This document shows, one piece after another, positions 14,466 to 24,902 of a stretch of 56,892 bases of DNA. The position numbers and the translations under genes were made by a program. Within the stretch, counting starts at the first letter, position 1; each line of letters begins with the position of its first letter. The notes beneath the pieces were generated by a model. That model saw nothing but the letters and a program-made list of their open reading frames with translations. It was not told where the DNA came from and made no database searches. Source of the stretch: a virus (taxonomy: Duplodnaviria > Caudoviricetes); IMG/VR virus record IMGVR_UViG_3300044979_000046, positions 1 to 56,892 of that record. The stretch is one strand, 5' to 3'.

Positions 14466-15968
14466 ATGTTTTCATTGAATGTTGGAAAGTTTAAGTTCCC
14501 ACCTTTTCAACATCAAAAAACGGGAATCGTAGCAATGGTTACCCACCCCTACTTCGCGCTCTTTGACGAAATGGGCGTAGGAAAATCGTACCAAGTAATT
14601 AACGCGGCTTGTATCTTATACGACGCGGGGATTATTGACACGGTTATCATTGCTTGTCCCGCTCAGGTTAAGTCTGTCTGGTTAGACCCAGAATTAGGGG
14701 AGATACAAAAATATGTCTGGGTCAAATCATCTGTTCATCATTTCAAAGGACCATTAATTACTCTTGATAACCATAGTCTTAATTGGGTCATTGGTTCATA
14801 CGAACTTATCCGTAAAGAAAAACACGGAGACAAACTCATTAAAAATATTAAAGGCCGGAAGGTCATGCTCGTCATGGACGAGTCGATTTTCCTTAAGAAC
14901 CCGAAGGCCGCACAAACTAAACAAATGTATGAGATGTCGCTATGGTGCGACCGGAAGTATGTTTTAAATGGGACACCGACAGGTGGTAACTTGCTTGATC
15001 TTTATTGCCAGTTTAAAATGCTAAACCCAATGCTTTTGCAATGTGAAACCTACTATCAATTCCGGGCAAAGTACGCGGTTATGGGAGGGTTTCATGGAAA
15101 GCAAGTTGTTTCATTCAAAAATGAAGAAGAGGTAACCCGTCTCACCGCTCCGTATGTACTTCGAAGACTGAAAGAAGATTGCCTTGACTTACCTAAGAAA
15201 CTTTATACCTTCATTGAAGTTCCCCTCAGTAAACAAAACTGGACCCATTACAAGTCGATGCGAGATAACCTGGTCGTATGGCTTGAGTCTTCCGCCTGTA
15301 TGGTTCAGCACGCTCCTGTCAAGGCTTTGCGACTCGGACAAATTACGTCAGGATTTCTTGGTGGCGTGGCCGACACGGATGATGAAAGTGAATTTCAATT
15401 GGGATTTGGTTTTGACTTGCCCATCGGAGAAAAGCGAGTCGAGGAAATCGGGAGAGAAAAACTTGATCTTATCATGGGGTGGCTTGAAGATAAATTTGAG
15501 CAAAACAAAAACTTTCGAACTCTTATTTGGACCAGATTCCGCCCAGAACTCGACCGTTTGGAAAGCGAAATTCGAGAACACAAGTGGTTGCGCAATGTTC
15601 CAGTTTACTCGATCCGTGGCGGTCAATCTAAATCGTCCAGAACAACAGCTAAGCAGCAAGGAGAAGTAGGAACTGGCCCAACGATCATTCTTGGCCAACC
15701 ACATGCCGGAGGATTTGGATTAAACCTGACCAGCATCGCAAACGTCGTTTATCTTTCTCAAGACTATTCTTTGTTAGCTCGCTTACAATCGGAAGATCGA
15801 TGTCATCGTCCTGGCCAAACAAAAAATGTAACATACATCGATACGATTGCGACGGGACCAGAAGGGCAGAAAACAATCGATCACGCTATCATCAAAGCAC
15901 TTCGCAAAAATCAAGAAATGGCCCGGTGGACTTCTGAACAATGGAGAGCCGCTATTTTGGAGGAATAG
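14466..15968 (+). CDS. SNF2-family helicase
   Basis: DEMGVGKS, MDES, LNGTP, GFGLNL, QSEDRCHRPGQ. Confidence 0.9.
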   Translation: MFSLNVGKFKFPPFQHQKTGIVAMVTHPYFALFDEMGVGKSYQVINAACILYDAGIIDTVIIACPAQVKSVWLDPELGEIQKYVWVKSSVHHFKGPLITLDNHSLNWVIGSYELIRKEKHGDKLIKNIKGRKVMLVMDESIFLKNPKAAQTKQMYEMSLWCDRKYVLNGTPTGGNLLDLYCQFKMLNPMLLQCETYYQFRAKYAVMGGFHGKQVVSFKNEEEVTRLTAPYVLRRLKEDCLDLPKKLYTFIEVPLSKQNWTHYKSMRDNLVVWLESSACMVQHAPVKALRLGQITSGFLGGVADTDDESEFQLGFGFDLPIGEKRVEEIGREKLDLIMGWLEDKFEQNKNFRTLIWTRFRPELDRLESEIREHKWLRNVPVYSIRGGQSKSSRTTAKQQGEVGTGPTIILGQPHAGGFGLNLTSIANVVYLSQDYSLLARLQSEDRCHRPGQTKNVTYIDTIATGPEGQKTIDHAIIKALRKNQEMARWTSEQWRAAILEE

Positions 15969-15969
15969 A

Positions 15970-16239
15970 TTGGCAACCTTTAAGAACGGAACTTGTATTA
16001 ATAATTGCAATGACAAAGAACGCAAGTACTTAAGGATAACAGCCGGACCACAACGAGGTCGTTATGTCCATGATCTTATACTGGAAGCAAAAATTGGAAG
16101 AAGACTTTTACCCCACGAGACAGCTGAACACTCCGATGGTAATAGTCTTAATAACGATCCTAGCAATATCACTGGGCCTGTTTCTCGGGCTGACAATACA
16201 AGGGCTATGCGAGTAAGGAGGAAAAGTGTTAATACCTAA
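15970..16239 (+). CDS. HNH endonuclease-like protein
   Basis: YVHDLILE..IGR.L..HE..EH.DGN.LNN...N; TTG start after GAGGA. Confidence 0.65.
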   Translation: MATFKNGTCINNCNDKERKYLRITAGPQRGRYVHDLILEAKIGRRLLPHETAEHSDGNSLNNDPSNITGPVSRADNTRAMRVRRKSVNT

Positions 16240-16471
16240 AACAGTGCAAGAGCATTTGATATCGAAAGGTTTGGTGGAAGCGGCTGAGATGACAACGCTT
16301 GTTATGAATCATCCTGACGTACAACACTTTTTAGAAAATACCGTTGGAGTTCTTGATCCAGTTGATAAAGAGTTCGCAAATTTGGTCATGATAGCAATTA
16401 CGGGCGCTGTTATGATTGGCTTTGATCTTGGGATGAAGTTTAAAGCAGCGACTAAAAAATCGGACGGGTAA
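16226..16471 (+). CDS. Hypothetical protein
   Basis: AAGGAGG RBS, GTG start. Confidence 0.6.
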   Translation: MLIPKTVQEHLISKGLVEAAEMTTLVMNHPDVQHFLENTVGVLDPVDKEFANLVMIAITGAVMIGFDLGMKFKAATKKSDG

Positions 16472-16472
16472 G

Positions 16473-17204
16473 ATGATTGTCCTTGGACTTGACTTTGAAA
16501 CATCTGGGTTAAATCCAGATGTTGACCGAATACTCGAAGTAGGCGCTATCTTATGGAATACCGCTGACGGCGGTTTTCCAATGAGCTTCGTCAGTGAGTT
16601 TTGTTACGACGACTCGATGAACGAAGCGGAGTTTTCAAAAGAAGCACTAGAAGCAAACAGTTTAAAGATGGAATACGTGAAGACTTACGGTAAGCCATTC
16701 GCTTCGATCTTTAAGTTTCTAGGCGACGAGGCGCACGCGGTTGTAGCTCATAACGGCTCTAAATTCGATTACTTCTTTTATAAAGCGGAATGTAAGCGTG
16801 CGGGACTCGTGCCGTGGAACAAAGTTTGGATTGATACAATTACCGACGTTCATTATCCAGAAAAGATGACAACACGAAAGTTGACTCACTTGGCGGCTGA
16901 GCACAACTTTCTTAATCCTTTTCCACATCGCGCTGTGATGGATGTTCTTACCATGTTAAAAATATTCCAACAATATGATCCTGAGATTGCTTTGGAATAC
17001 GCAAAACAACCCGTGGTTGTCGTTCAAGCGATGGTTAGCTTTGACGACAAGCAAAAAGCCAAAGATCGTAATTATCGTTGGGACGCCGACAAAAAACGTT
17101 GGGTAAAAGAAATCAAGTTACCGGAGTTAGCAAAGGAGAAAGCCGATGCTGGTTTTCCAATTCGCGAGTTACGGCAAATAGAAATGGATTGGAGCACGGC
17201 ATGA
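16473..17204 (+). CDS. DnaQ-like DEDDh 3'-5' exonuclease
   Basis: LDFETSG, AHNGSKFD, HRAVMD. Confidence 0.9.
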   Translation: MIVLGLDFETSGLNPDVDRILEVGAILWNTADGGFPMSFVSEFCYDDSMNEAEFSKEALEANSLKMEYVKTYGKPFASIFKFLGDEAHAVVAHNGSKFDYFFYKAECKRAGLVPWNKVWIDTITDVHYPEKMTTRKLTHLAAEHNFLNPFPHRAVMDVLTMLKIFQQYDPEIALEYAKQPVVVVQAMVSFDDKQKAKDRNYRWDADKKRWVKEIKLPELAKEKADAGFPIRELRQIEMDWSTA

Positions 17205-17407
17205 GATGGGTAGAGTGGGTTGAGCCGTTTGGTCCAAATAATGAACCAGTTTACATGCGGGTAGCCGACAAGACAGCGATTGCTGTTATGAAAAGTCTGC
17301 ATAAATATGAATCAGATGAAAAAGCTTTTGAAGATTTTGTAACGGTGCATTGGGCAAGTGTCCGTGAAGAACAGGAGAATCTTACGGTTTTCGGGCTACT
17401 TCGATGA
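17201..17407 (+). CDS. Small hypothetical protein
   Basis: ATGA overlap with the upstream stop; GGAG RBS. Confidence 0.5.
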   Translation: MRWVEWVEPFGPNNEPVYMRVADKTAIAVMKSLHKYESDEKAFEDFVTVHWASVREEQENLTVFGLLR

Positions 17408-17411
17408 CCTG

Positions 17412-17440
17412 TAGACATCCGGCTCGAAAGGTGCTATTTT
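17412..17440 (+). promoter_or_regulatory. Possible sigma70 promoter resembling 10635-10663
   Basis: TAGACA-17-TATTTT; shares ACATCCGG...GTGCTATT. Confidence 0.5.
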
Positions 17441-17469
17441 AACGCTCGCGCTTCTAAAGGGAAAACAAT

Positions 17470-17784
17470 ATGACGAATGAAGAGTTAGTCCAACGTTTTG
17501 AGACACTTACGAAGGAAATGGTTCTTGTTATGAAAGCAAAAAACAACGACTATTCCAGTAAGAAAGACCCACTTCAAAACCTACGTCGTCATGGTTCGTA
17601 TGGAGTTGTTGTACGCATGGATGACAAGATCGCACGCCTCAATTCTTTTTACAATCCAGAAGAAAGAAAATCAATGTTGGTTCCCGGAGAAACAAAGAAA
17701 GACACAGCCATCGATCTTGCGAATTATGCGTTGCTGTGTTTTATCTTGGACGAGGAGAACGATGCCCAAATCAAAAAAGCTTGA
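17470..17784 (+). CDS. DUF1599 / nucleotide-modification-associated domain protein
   Basis: KNNDY, VRMDDKIARL, DTAIDLANYA. Confidence 0.75.
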   Translation: MTNEELVQRFETLTKEMVLVMKAKNNDYSSKKDPLQNLRRHGSYGVVVRMDDKIARLNSFYNPEERKSMLVPGETKKDTAIDLANYALLCFILDEENDAQIKKA

Positions 17785-18265
17785 TCCAAAGAAGTACGCG
17801 AAGTTCAAGAACGAACCAAATTGGCAGATGAAGATTGATGAGCAAAAACTAAATCTTCAAGCAAATAACTATAAGGACAAGATTAGTTTAGCTAAGATTC
17901 TTCAATCAGCTCGTGCTTTGAAAGAAGAAAAAGAACAAGAAGTTTCGCAGCTCAATGTAGAGATCGAAGCGGCTACGCAAATGCTCACGGAACTTCTCAC
18001 GGAAGAAGGCATTAATTCCTTCGAGACATCTGATGGCTGGAAGTTTATTGGTAAAGTAAGCGTTTTTGTTTCTATCTCTGACGAAGGTAAGGCGGAGTTT
18101 TATCAATGGTTACGGAAACACGATCACGGGGAAATGTTCAGTGTCAATTATATGACCGCTTCAGCCATGGTCAAAGAACGAATCGAAAATGGTTTGGAGA
18201 TACCGCCTGGGGTGAAGATATTCGCCAAGGAAAGCATCACGGTCTACAAGCCGAGGGGAGAGTAA
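17762..18265 (+). CDS. Hypothetical replication-module protein (coiled coil)
   Basis: GAGGAG RBS before ATG 17762. Confidence 0.7.
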   Translation: MPKSKKLDPKKYAKFKNEPNWQMKIDEQKLNLQANNYKDKISLAKILQSARALKEEKEQEVSQLNVEIEAATQMLTELLTEEGINSFETSDGWKFIGKVSVFVSISDEGKAEFYQWLRKHDHGEMFSVNYMTASAMVKERIENGLEIPPGVKIFAKESITVYKPRGE

Positions 18266-18266
18266 T

Positions 18267-18614
18267 ATGCTGCTTGAATATGGATTGCCGCTCGTTTACT
18301 TTCTTTTGGCGATCTTTGTTATTAGCCAAATGGTTGTTCCAAGTATACTTGGAAGACATTGGTTCCCAGCTTTTCGCAAAACGAGGGTCCAGTTATTGGA
18401 CGATCTCGAAGAAGTAAAAGATGTTGATGAAGAAAAACGAATTCAATCAGAAATCGAAAGAATATCAAAAGGAGAAAAAAATGGAGCGAGCCAGAACATT
18501 CCCGTTCGTGAAACTGGGAATATCAATAACAGTACTGATAGTGGGCCTGATATTTCTGGGAAACATGTTGGAACACGTGGACCAGAATCAGATCATGGTA
18601 ATTCAGTATCCTAG
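18267..18614 (+). CDS. Small N-terminally anchored membrane protein
   Basis: RBS; TM segment; 3' part overlaps the next gene. Confidence 0.55.
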   Translation: MLLEYGLPLVYFLLAIFVISQMVVPSILGRHWFPAFRKTRVQLLDDLEEVKDVDEEKRIQSEIERISKGEKNGASQNIPVRETGNINNSTDSGPDISGKHVGTRGPESDHGNSVS

Positions 18615-19686
18615 TGGATCAATGGATTGCTTTACTAACGGCGGATATCATCTACTAGAATTCGGTAAGGCGGTAAAATTTGACCGCCGAAAACAGTTGT
18701 GGTTTAGCGACAAAGATGGAGACGGTAACACCATCAATCAACAAATTAAGGTTCGATTTAACGACGGCGGACATGGCGATGTTTATGGCTCTATCTCTTG
18801 GGAGATGCCTGCTGATTGTCCTTCGATCATTAAAGCCTACCAAAAGTACGGAAATGAATATGGGGTAGAGCACGATCTTGTTGATACCGTGGTAACGAAA
18901 GCGGTTACAATGAGTGGTCCACTTATGTCTTCCAAGGAATCCTACTCGGAAAAGAAAAATGATCTTATCCGATACATGGAAGATCAAATTGCCAATGGCG
19001 TCTACCAGACGCAAACTCAAGAGAAGGAAATTACTGATCCACTGTCCGGAGAGAAACGCACGGCGAATATTGTAACCATTCAAGAACGGAATGGAATCAT
19101 GCTTCGCCAAGAAGTATCGCCCCTACAGGATTTCAAGATTAAAACCTATAACCTGTCTATCAAGAACATCATCTACGATGATAAGGTAGAACAGCAAATT
19201 CAGCAACAGCAGCAAATGGTCATGCAAGTTCAAACGTCAATTGCGCAAGCTCGTCAAGCAGAGCAAGCCGCAATTACAGCGGCAAAGAATGGCGAAGCGG
19301 AAGCGGCAAAAGCCAAGTGGGAACAAGAAGTAATTAAGGCGAAGGCTGTTACCGAAGCGCAACAAGAATTGGAAGTTGCTCAGTTAAACGCGAAGGCCGC
19401 AGAACAATATAAGATCGCTGAAACCTTAAAAGGCGAAGGTGAAGGAGCGCGGCGCAAAGCGGTAATGTCAGCTGACGGTGCCTTATCACAAAAGATCGAT
19501 GCTTGGATCAAGGTTAACCAATTTTATGCGGATGCCATTAAGGGCGGAAATTGGGTTCCCCAAATTCAGCTTGGCGGTGGTGGAAGTATTGGTGGAACGA
19601 ATGCGAGTGAGCTAATCTCGCTTTTAACCGCGAAAACAGCTCGCGATATTAGCCTTGATCTTGGCTTACCGAAGCAGTCGAAATAA
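18481..19686 (+). CDS. SPFH/Band-7 domain membrane protein
   Basis: N-terminal TM, SPFH-like core, AE-rich coiled coil. Confidence 0.8.
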   Translation: MERARTFPFVKLGISITVLIVGLIFLGNMLEHVDQNQIMVIQYPSGSMDCFTNGGYHLLEFGKAVKFDRRKQLWFSDKDGDGNTINQQIKVRFNDGGHGDVYGSISWEMPADCPSIIKAYQKYGNEYGVEHDLVDTVVTKAVTMSGPLMSSKESYSEKKNDLIRYMEDQIANGVYQTQTQEKEITDPLSGEKRTANIVTIQERNGIMLRQEVSPLQDFKIKTYNLSIKNIIYDDKVEQQIQQQQQMVMQVQTSIAQARQAEQAAITAAKNGEAEAAKAKWEQEVIKAKAVTEAQQELEVAQLNAKAAEQYKIAETLKGEGEGARRKAVMSADGALSQKIDAWIKVNQFYADAIKGGNWVPQIQLGGGGSIGGTNASELISLLTAKTARDISLDLGLPKQSK

Positions 19687-19736
19687 GTTTTCCGGGCCGG
19701 GAGGCTGGCCTGGAATATTGCGTACAAATAGGAGAA

Positions 19737-20552
19737 ATGAAAATGGCAAAAAGTGAAACGAAAAAAGAAGAAAAGGACATTGTACATCAACCATCATCTG
19801 TTCCCGCCCTTCAAGAAAAGGAACAGGCTCCAGATTATTTAGCTCATGGTCAAGCACGCGGTATGGAAGCAGTTGAGCAATCGGATATTACCTTGCCGCG
19901 ACTCGCGTTATGCCAATCGAATACACCACAACGGAAGCGAGCAGACGCAAATTACATCGAAGGGTTGAATGAAGGCGACTTCTTCAATACCATTACCCAA
20001 ACAAACTACGGCCCAAAAGTAACGTTGGTTCCTATCTTGTTTTCCAAGCAACGTATTAAATTCAACAAACCAGAAGAAGGCGGCGGAATCGACTGCCGTT
20101 CTTTTAATGGAAAAACGGGCGGACATTATTCGCCTGATAGTTGCGATGCTTGTCCGCATTCGCAATTCCGCATCGAAGACCACGAGCAAATCAAACCATC
20201 GTGTTTACTCTTCCACAACCGTGTCTCGTGGATTCTACCGCAGAATGAGATGGCGGTGTCCTCGCTAAAATCTACGGGCCTGACCGTTTCGAAACAATGG
20301 AACATGCTGGTAAAGCTTTCCAACAAAGACTTGTTCGGGAGAGTCTATGAGCTAGAGTCGGTTTCAATGACGAAGGCTGGAAATTCGTTTTACGGTGTGA
20401 AACTTGTTCCTAAAGGTTGGACACCAGAAGAAATTTACAAGCAGATGGAAGATTACTTCGAAGCTTTGCGCGACAAGAACATCGTTATGGATACGACAGG
20501 CATCGAAGGCGACGAACCACCCGACACAGCTTTCAACTCTAATTCTATGTGA
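19737..20552 (+). CDS. Putative ssDNA-binding/annealing protein
   Basis: Position in replication module; DITLPRL..CQ motif; acidic tail. Confidence 0.5.
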   Translation: MKMAKSETKKEEKDIVHQPSSVPALQEKEQAPDYLAHGQARGMEAVEQSDITLPRLALCQSNTPQRKRADANYIEGLNEGDFFNTITQTNYGPKVTLVPILFSKQRIKFNKPEEGGGIDCRSFNGKTGGHYSPDSCDACPHSQFRIEDHEQIKPSCLLFHNRVSWILPQNEMAVSSLKSTGLTVSKQWNMLVKLSNKDLFGRVYELESVSMTKAGNSFYGVKLVPKGWTPEEIYKQMEDYFEALRDKNIVMDTTGIEGDEPPDTAFNSNSM

Positions 20553-22066
20553 GGTTTCTCGTGATTAGTCGCTTCATGGAAATTTTCCAGGGCAGCGACC
20601 AATCTCATGGCGTCCTCACAGTTAAGGTGGACGGCTCCTTCGATCACATGACGAAAGAAGGAGCCGCCTCACTCGAAGATTATGAGGCACACCTTGCCGG
20701 AAAGCTAGGGTTGGGATTGGTGCCCGTTAGAATCGATGGAACGTGTCGATTTGGAGCACTTGATATCGATGACGACTCGATTAACCATCAACTTCTTTAT
20801 AACAAAGTAAAACAATACAAAATGCCGTTAACAGTTTGCCGTTCCCGTTCCGGTGCCGCACATTTATACGTTTTCATAAAAGAACCAGGTATTAAAGCAA
20901 CGAAGGTAGTTGCCGCGTTACGACGTTGGGGAAGCATTTTAGGCTTTCCGAGTGTCGAAGTGTTCCCCAAGCAATTAAAGATCGATTCGAAGCACTTGGG
21001 AAATTGGATTAATCTGCCGTACTACGGCGGAAATACAACAACACGTTATGCCTTTGGAAGTGACGGCTCGTTACTCGCGGAAGAGTTCTTTGATGCGATT
21101 GAATGGTGGGATGGAACAGATACAGTAGAAAAAGCAGAGCAAGGGTTAGTCGTACTTAATCCTACGCAAATGCCGCCATGCCTCGCTCATTTTACGCAGA
21201 CTCCTTTAAACAAAGGAGAAAGAAATAATGGTTTGTTTAACTTTGCGGTCTACGCAAGAAAGGCGTTTCCAAATTCATGGAAAGAAGTAGTTGAAGAATT
21301 CAACCAAAAGCACACGGTGAATCCACTTTCGCCAAGTGAACTGGCAAATATTTTAAAATCAAGTGACCAGGTAAAATACCAGTATCAATGTAATCAGGAA
21401 CCTATCGTTTCTCATTGTAATCGAAAGGCTTGCTTGGCTACTCCTTTTGGTATTAGCCACATGCCGTGGAAAGAAAAGGGAAGCGTTGGAGAATTTCTGA
21501 TTTCACACTTGCGGAAGGTGAATACCGATCCACCACACTTTATTGTCGAGGTCAATGGTCACGATATAACACTGAGCAACGAAGAATTTTATGATTTTAA
21601 TAGGCTTCGTATTCGCATCGAAGATCAGCTCGATATCGTTATTCCACGAATGAAGGCGGATAAGTGGGACGCAGAACGGCACGAACTGCACAACGGTCAA
21701 GAGGTAATCGAAGCGCCGGATGACGCAAGTATTAATGGGCAAACATTAAGTGATGTAAATGATTTCTTGATGCGTTACAACGAAGCGAGAGACGATGAAG
21801 ATATTCTCAAAGGAACGCCGATAAAGAAAGGGAACTTCATTTGCTTTAAGGTAGCGGACATGGTTCGATTCTTGCGCCTTCACAAACGGAACTATATTGA
21901 GAATACCCAGCTTTATGCTTTGCTTCACGCAAATGGTTGTAAATTTGAAACTTCAAAGATTAAAGGGCGAAGTGTCAAAGTCTGGATGTATCCAATGACA
22001 AAGTTAAATATCCAAACAGAAGACTTTAATGTGGTTCCATTTTTACGAACAGGGGAAACGTTGTGA
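20549..22066 (+). CDS. AEP-type primase with PriCT-like domain
   Basis: LDIDD, SRSGAAHLY, GNWINLPY, GERNNGLF. Confidence 0.8.
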   Translation: MRFLVISRFMEIFQGSDQSHGVLTVKVDGSFDHMTKEGAASLEDYEAHLAGKLGLGLVPVRIDGTCRFGALDIDDDSINHQLLYNKVKQYKMPLTVCRSRSGAAHLYVFIKEPGIKATKVVAALRRWGSILGFPSVEVFPKQLKIDSKHLGNWINLPYYGGNTTTRYAFGSDGSLLAEEFFDAIEWWDGTDTVEKAEQGLVVLNPTQMPPCLAHFTQTPLNKGERNNGLFNFAVYARKAFPNSWKEVVEEFNQKHTVNPLSPSELANILKSSDQVKYQYQCNQEPIVSHCNRKACLATPFGISHMPWKEKGSVGEFLISHLRKVNTDPPHFIVEVNGHDITLSNEEFYDFNRLRIRIEDQLDIVIPRMKADKWDAERHELHNGQEVIEAPDDASINGQTLSDVNDFLMRYNEARDDEDILKGTPIKKGNFICFKVADMVRFLRLHKRNYIENTQLYALLHANGCKFETSKIKGRSVKVWMYPMTKLNIQTEDFNVVPFLRTGETL

Positions 22067-22419
22067 AACTACAAGCGAGAAGTTTTCTTGGCAAAAGGAT
22101 GCTTAATCTAGTTGTTGAAACTGAAGAAGAAAGCTTGATGATCGACGAATACTTGGGAAGTAAAGTACAAGATTCGTCTGGTTATATTTCAAGCGTGATT
22201 GGCCAAGTGAAGCTAAGTGACGGCTACGGCCAGCATTATATCGCCTTAGAATCACTTGAAGAAGTGAATGCGAAGAAAAAACCAGCTCGACTTTTGGCTG
22301 TTGAAATACTTCACGGAATCAGTATGCGTTGCCTTACTTGCGCTCCCGACGATATTCAAAAAATTCATGAATCAGCGTTAACTACCGCTATTGAGATGTT
22401 ACGAACGGGACAGTTATGA
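22063..22419 (+). CDS. Hypothetical protein
   Basis: GTGA/ATGA overlaps on both sides. Confidence 0.6.
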   Translation: MKLQARSFLGKRMLNLVVETEEESLMIDEYLGSKVQDSSGYISSVIGQVKLSDGYGQHYIALESLEEVNAKKKPARLLAVEILHGISMRCLTCAPDDIQKIHESALTTAIEMLRTGQL

Positions 22420-23918
22420 AACGGTTAAAGATATTCGGGCCGCCAGGAACGGGAAAGACAAAGACGTTATTGGATTATCTCAATGACGAACTGAAGTCTA
22501 TCCCATCCCACCGTATCGCCTTTCTCACCTTTACGAGAACGGCGAAGGGTGAAGCTTTGGAACGAACAGGAAAGACGCCCGATCAGCTTCCATATTTACG
22601 AACCATTCATTCAATCTGTTTTCGACAAATGGGAATGTCAAGAGAACAAATGGTTCAGATTCGCGACCTGCAAGGATTTGGAACAAAGATTGGAAAGAAG
22701 ATTTCTGGTTTCGTTCCCACTCCGTGGGGTGCGGATGAACTTCTTGATTATAGCGGCGGGAGCGGAACGGCAACCGCAGAAGATATTTTACTTCAATTAA
22801 ATCATCTAGGAAGGCATCGAAAAATTGGATTAAAAGAATCACTTCGCGGAGTAGATATTGATGTTGACTTTCTTTACGCGAAGTGGTTTACAGAAGAGTA
22901 CCGTAGATGGCGTGATGCGGAAAGCTTAATTGACTATACCGATATACTCACTGAATATTTAAAAACTGGAAGTCCGCTTCCAATCGACGTTCTTTTTATT
23001 GACGAGTGCCAGGACTTATCGAAACTTCAATGGGAAGTTATTCATAAGCTAGGCGCGAATGCCCAACGGTGGTATTTAGCAGGAGACGACGACCAGGCAA
23101 TTTTTCAATGGGCGGGTGCTTCAGCCGATCAATTCAATCGAGAAATTTGTGACAGTAACCAGTTCCTTGAGCAATCGTATCGCTTGCCGCGTACCGTTCT
23201 TAATTTAAGTGAGCGTGTCGTCAATCGAATTCATAACCGTACGCCAAAAATATTGAAACCGCGAGACGCGGACGGAGCTGTTCAAGTTGCTTCTTATATT
23301 ACGCCCAATATGTTAGGGAGCGACAATCTGGTTTTATTCCGTAACCACTATTGCGGAAAAATGATCGGTGACGAATTCATGAAATACAAAATTCCATACA
23401 GTGGGCCACACTCTCCGTTGTCTCGCCCCGAAACAAAAATCTTTCTCCAAACCTGGCAGAAAGTTCTTAAGGATGAAGTTTTGATTCCCAAAGAAATTCA
23501 ATCTTTAATTCGTAGTGTGGGAAGTGCTTGGCTTCTTCCGAGTCACAAAGAGGTTCGTTATAAGGCAGTAAAAGTAAATCAGATTTTAAAAAAGGTTCCT
23601 CATGTCGATCAGTGGAGAGAAGCTTTCAAAAGCATTAACCAAATCGACTATATCAGTGACATTCTTAAACGTTATGGACTGGACGCGGCGATTAATCCGC
23701 CAACGCAGCTGATGTCGATTCATCAATCAAAGGGTAAACAAGCGGAAAAGGTTTTCGTTAATTTACTGATGTCTGCCAAGACCTATGATGCTTACAGTAA
23801 AGATGGGATTGAGAATCGAGAAGACGAGCATCGGGTTTGGTACGTGGGCGTTACTAGAGCAAAAGAAGAACTTACGTTGATAGTTCCAGAAAGTGAAAGA
23901 CGTTATAACTTGGGATAG
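22416..23918 (+). CDS. UvrD/Rep-like SF1 helicase
   Basis: GPPGTGKT, IDECQD, GDDDQAI, QSYR, SIHQSKG, YVGVTRA. Confidence 0.92.
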   Translation: MKRLKIFGPPGTGKTKTLLDYLNDELKSIPSHRIAFLTFTRTAKGEALERTGKTPDQLPYLRTIHSICFRQMGMSREQMVQIRDLQGFGTKIGKKISGFVPTPWGADELLDYSGGSGTATAEDILLQLNHLGRHRKIGLKESLRGVDIDVDFLYAKWFTEEYRRWRDAESLIDYTDILTEYLKTGSPLPIDVLFIDECQDLSKLQWEVIHKLGANAQRWYLAGDDDQAIFQWAGASADQFNREICDSNQFLEQSYRLPRTVLNLSERVVNRIHNRTPKILKPRDADGAVQVASYITPNMLGSDNLVLFRNHYCGKMIGDEFMKYKIPYSGPHSPLSRPETKIFLQTWQKVLKDEVLIPKEIQSLIRSVGSAWLLPSHKEVRYKAVKVNQILKKVPHVDQWREAFKSINQIDYISDILKRYGLDAAINPPTQLMSIHQSKGKQAEKVFVNLLMSAKTYDAYSKDGIENREDEHRVWYVGVTRAKEELTLIVPESERRYNLG

Positions 23919-23927
23919 GAGGAGATT

Positions 23928-24902
23928 GTGAACAATCGAGTAATTGTTTTGGAAGGGCCGGATGGCGGCGGAAAAACAACCATCGCGAAATGGCTGGAAA
24001 AAGAGAAGGGATTTGAGTACCGCCATGAAGGTCCACCGGAAATCGGGCGTAACCAGTTTTACCATTATTCAGAGCAGATGTATCAAGCGATGAATGAAGA
24101 TCACCCGATAGTCTTTGACCGTTTCCATTTAGGCGAGCTAGTCTATGGGCCTATCGCGAGGGTTTATGACGAACTAGGGCACTACGGGTTGCGGCTCTTT
24201 AATCGTTTATTCGCGGGTCACAACGTGGATTGCTTTATCGTTTTACCGCCTTATGCCGTCGCTCACGAAGAATGGGAAAAGCGCGTCAAAGAAGGTGCGG
24301 AATTTTTGTCAGAAGAAAAAAAGTACTGGAATTGTTATTACTCGTTTTGTGCCTTAAGCGCCTGGTTTTTAAAATTTGACCGAACTGAGATGCCTTGGGA
24401 AAAGTTTTATGAAGCTATCCCAAAGAAAGAACGGTTCTTGCCTACCGGGTTTATCGGTAATCCCACGGGAAAATTTTTGGTTGTGGTGGATGACGTTTAC
24501 AACAAATATTCGATTATCTTCAAGTACATGAAAACAAAACACGACCTTCCCTTATGGGGAGAGAATTATCCCAAAGGAGCTTACGGCTCGGAAAATGGGC
24601 CTGGAACCGTAAACAATATGTTATGGCGAGCTGGTTACAAAGAAGAAGAACTGTTGTTTACCAGCGCGTTGAAAGCCGACAAGTCCAAACGCGAAATCAT
24701 TCTTAACGACGGCATTGAAAGAGTGGGGCTAGCCTTTGGAGCAATGGCCGCGAACGCTTGCCAAGAAGCAAAGATGCCTTTCTTTGAATTCCCGTCGCCT
24801 TATTCTTGCAAGCGTGTCAGAGAAACTGGAAAAGACAATATCGCAGCTTACCTCGAACAAATTCGGCAGGACGTTCTGGATGGAAGGGGGTTTGAAGTAT
24901 GA
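23928..24902 (+). CDS. dNMP (thymidylate-like) kinase with extra C-terminal domain
   Basis: VLEGPDGGGKTT, VFDRFHLGELVYG. Confidence 0.8.
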   Translation: MNNRVIVLEGPDGGGKTTIAKWLEKEKGFEYRHEGPPEIGRNQFYHYSEQMYQAMNEDHPIVFDRFHLGELVYGPIARVYDELGHYGLRLFNRLFAGHNVDCFIVLPPYAVAHEEWEKRVKEGAEFLSEEKKYWNCYYSFCALSAWFLKFDRTEMPWEKFYEAIPKKERFLPTGFIGNPTGKFLVVVDDVYNKYSIIFKYMKTKHDLPLWGENYPKGAYGSENGPGTVNNMLWRAGYKEEELLFTSALKADKSKREIILNDGIERVGLAFGAMAANACQEAKMPFFEFPSPYSCKRVRETGKDNIAAYLEQIRQDVLDGRGFEV

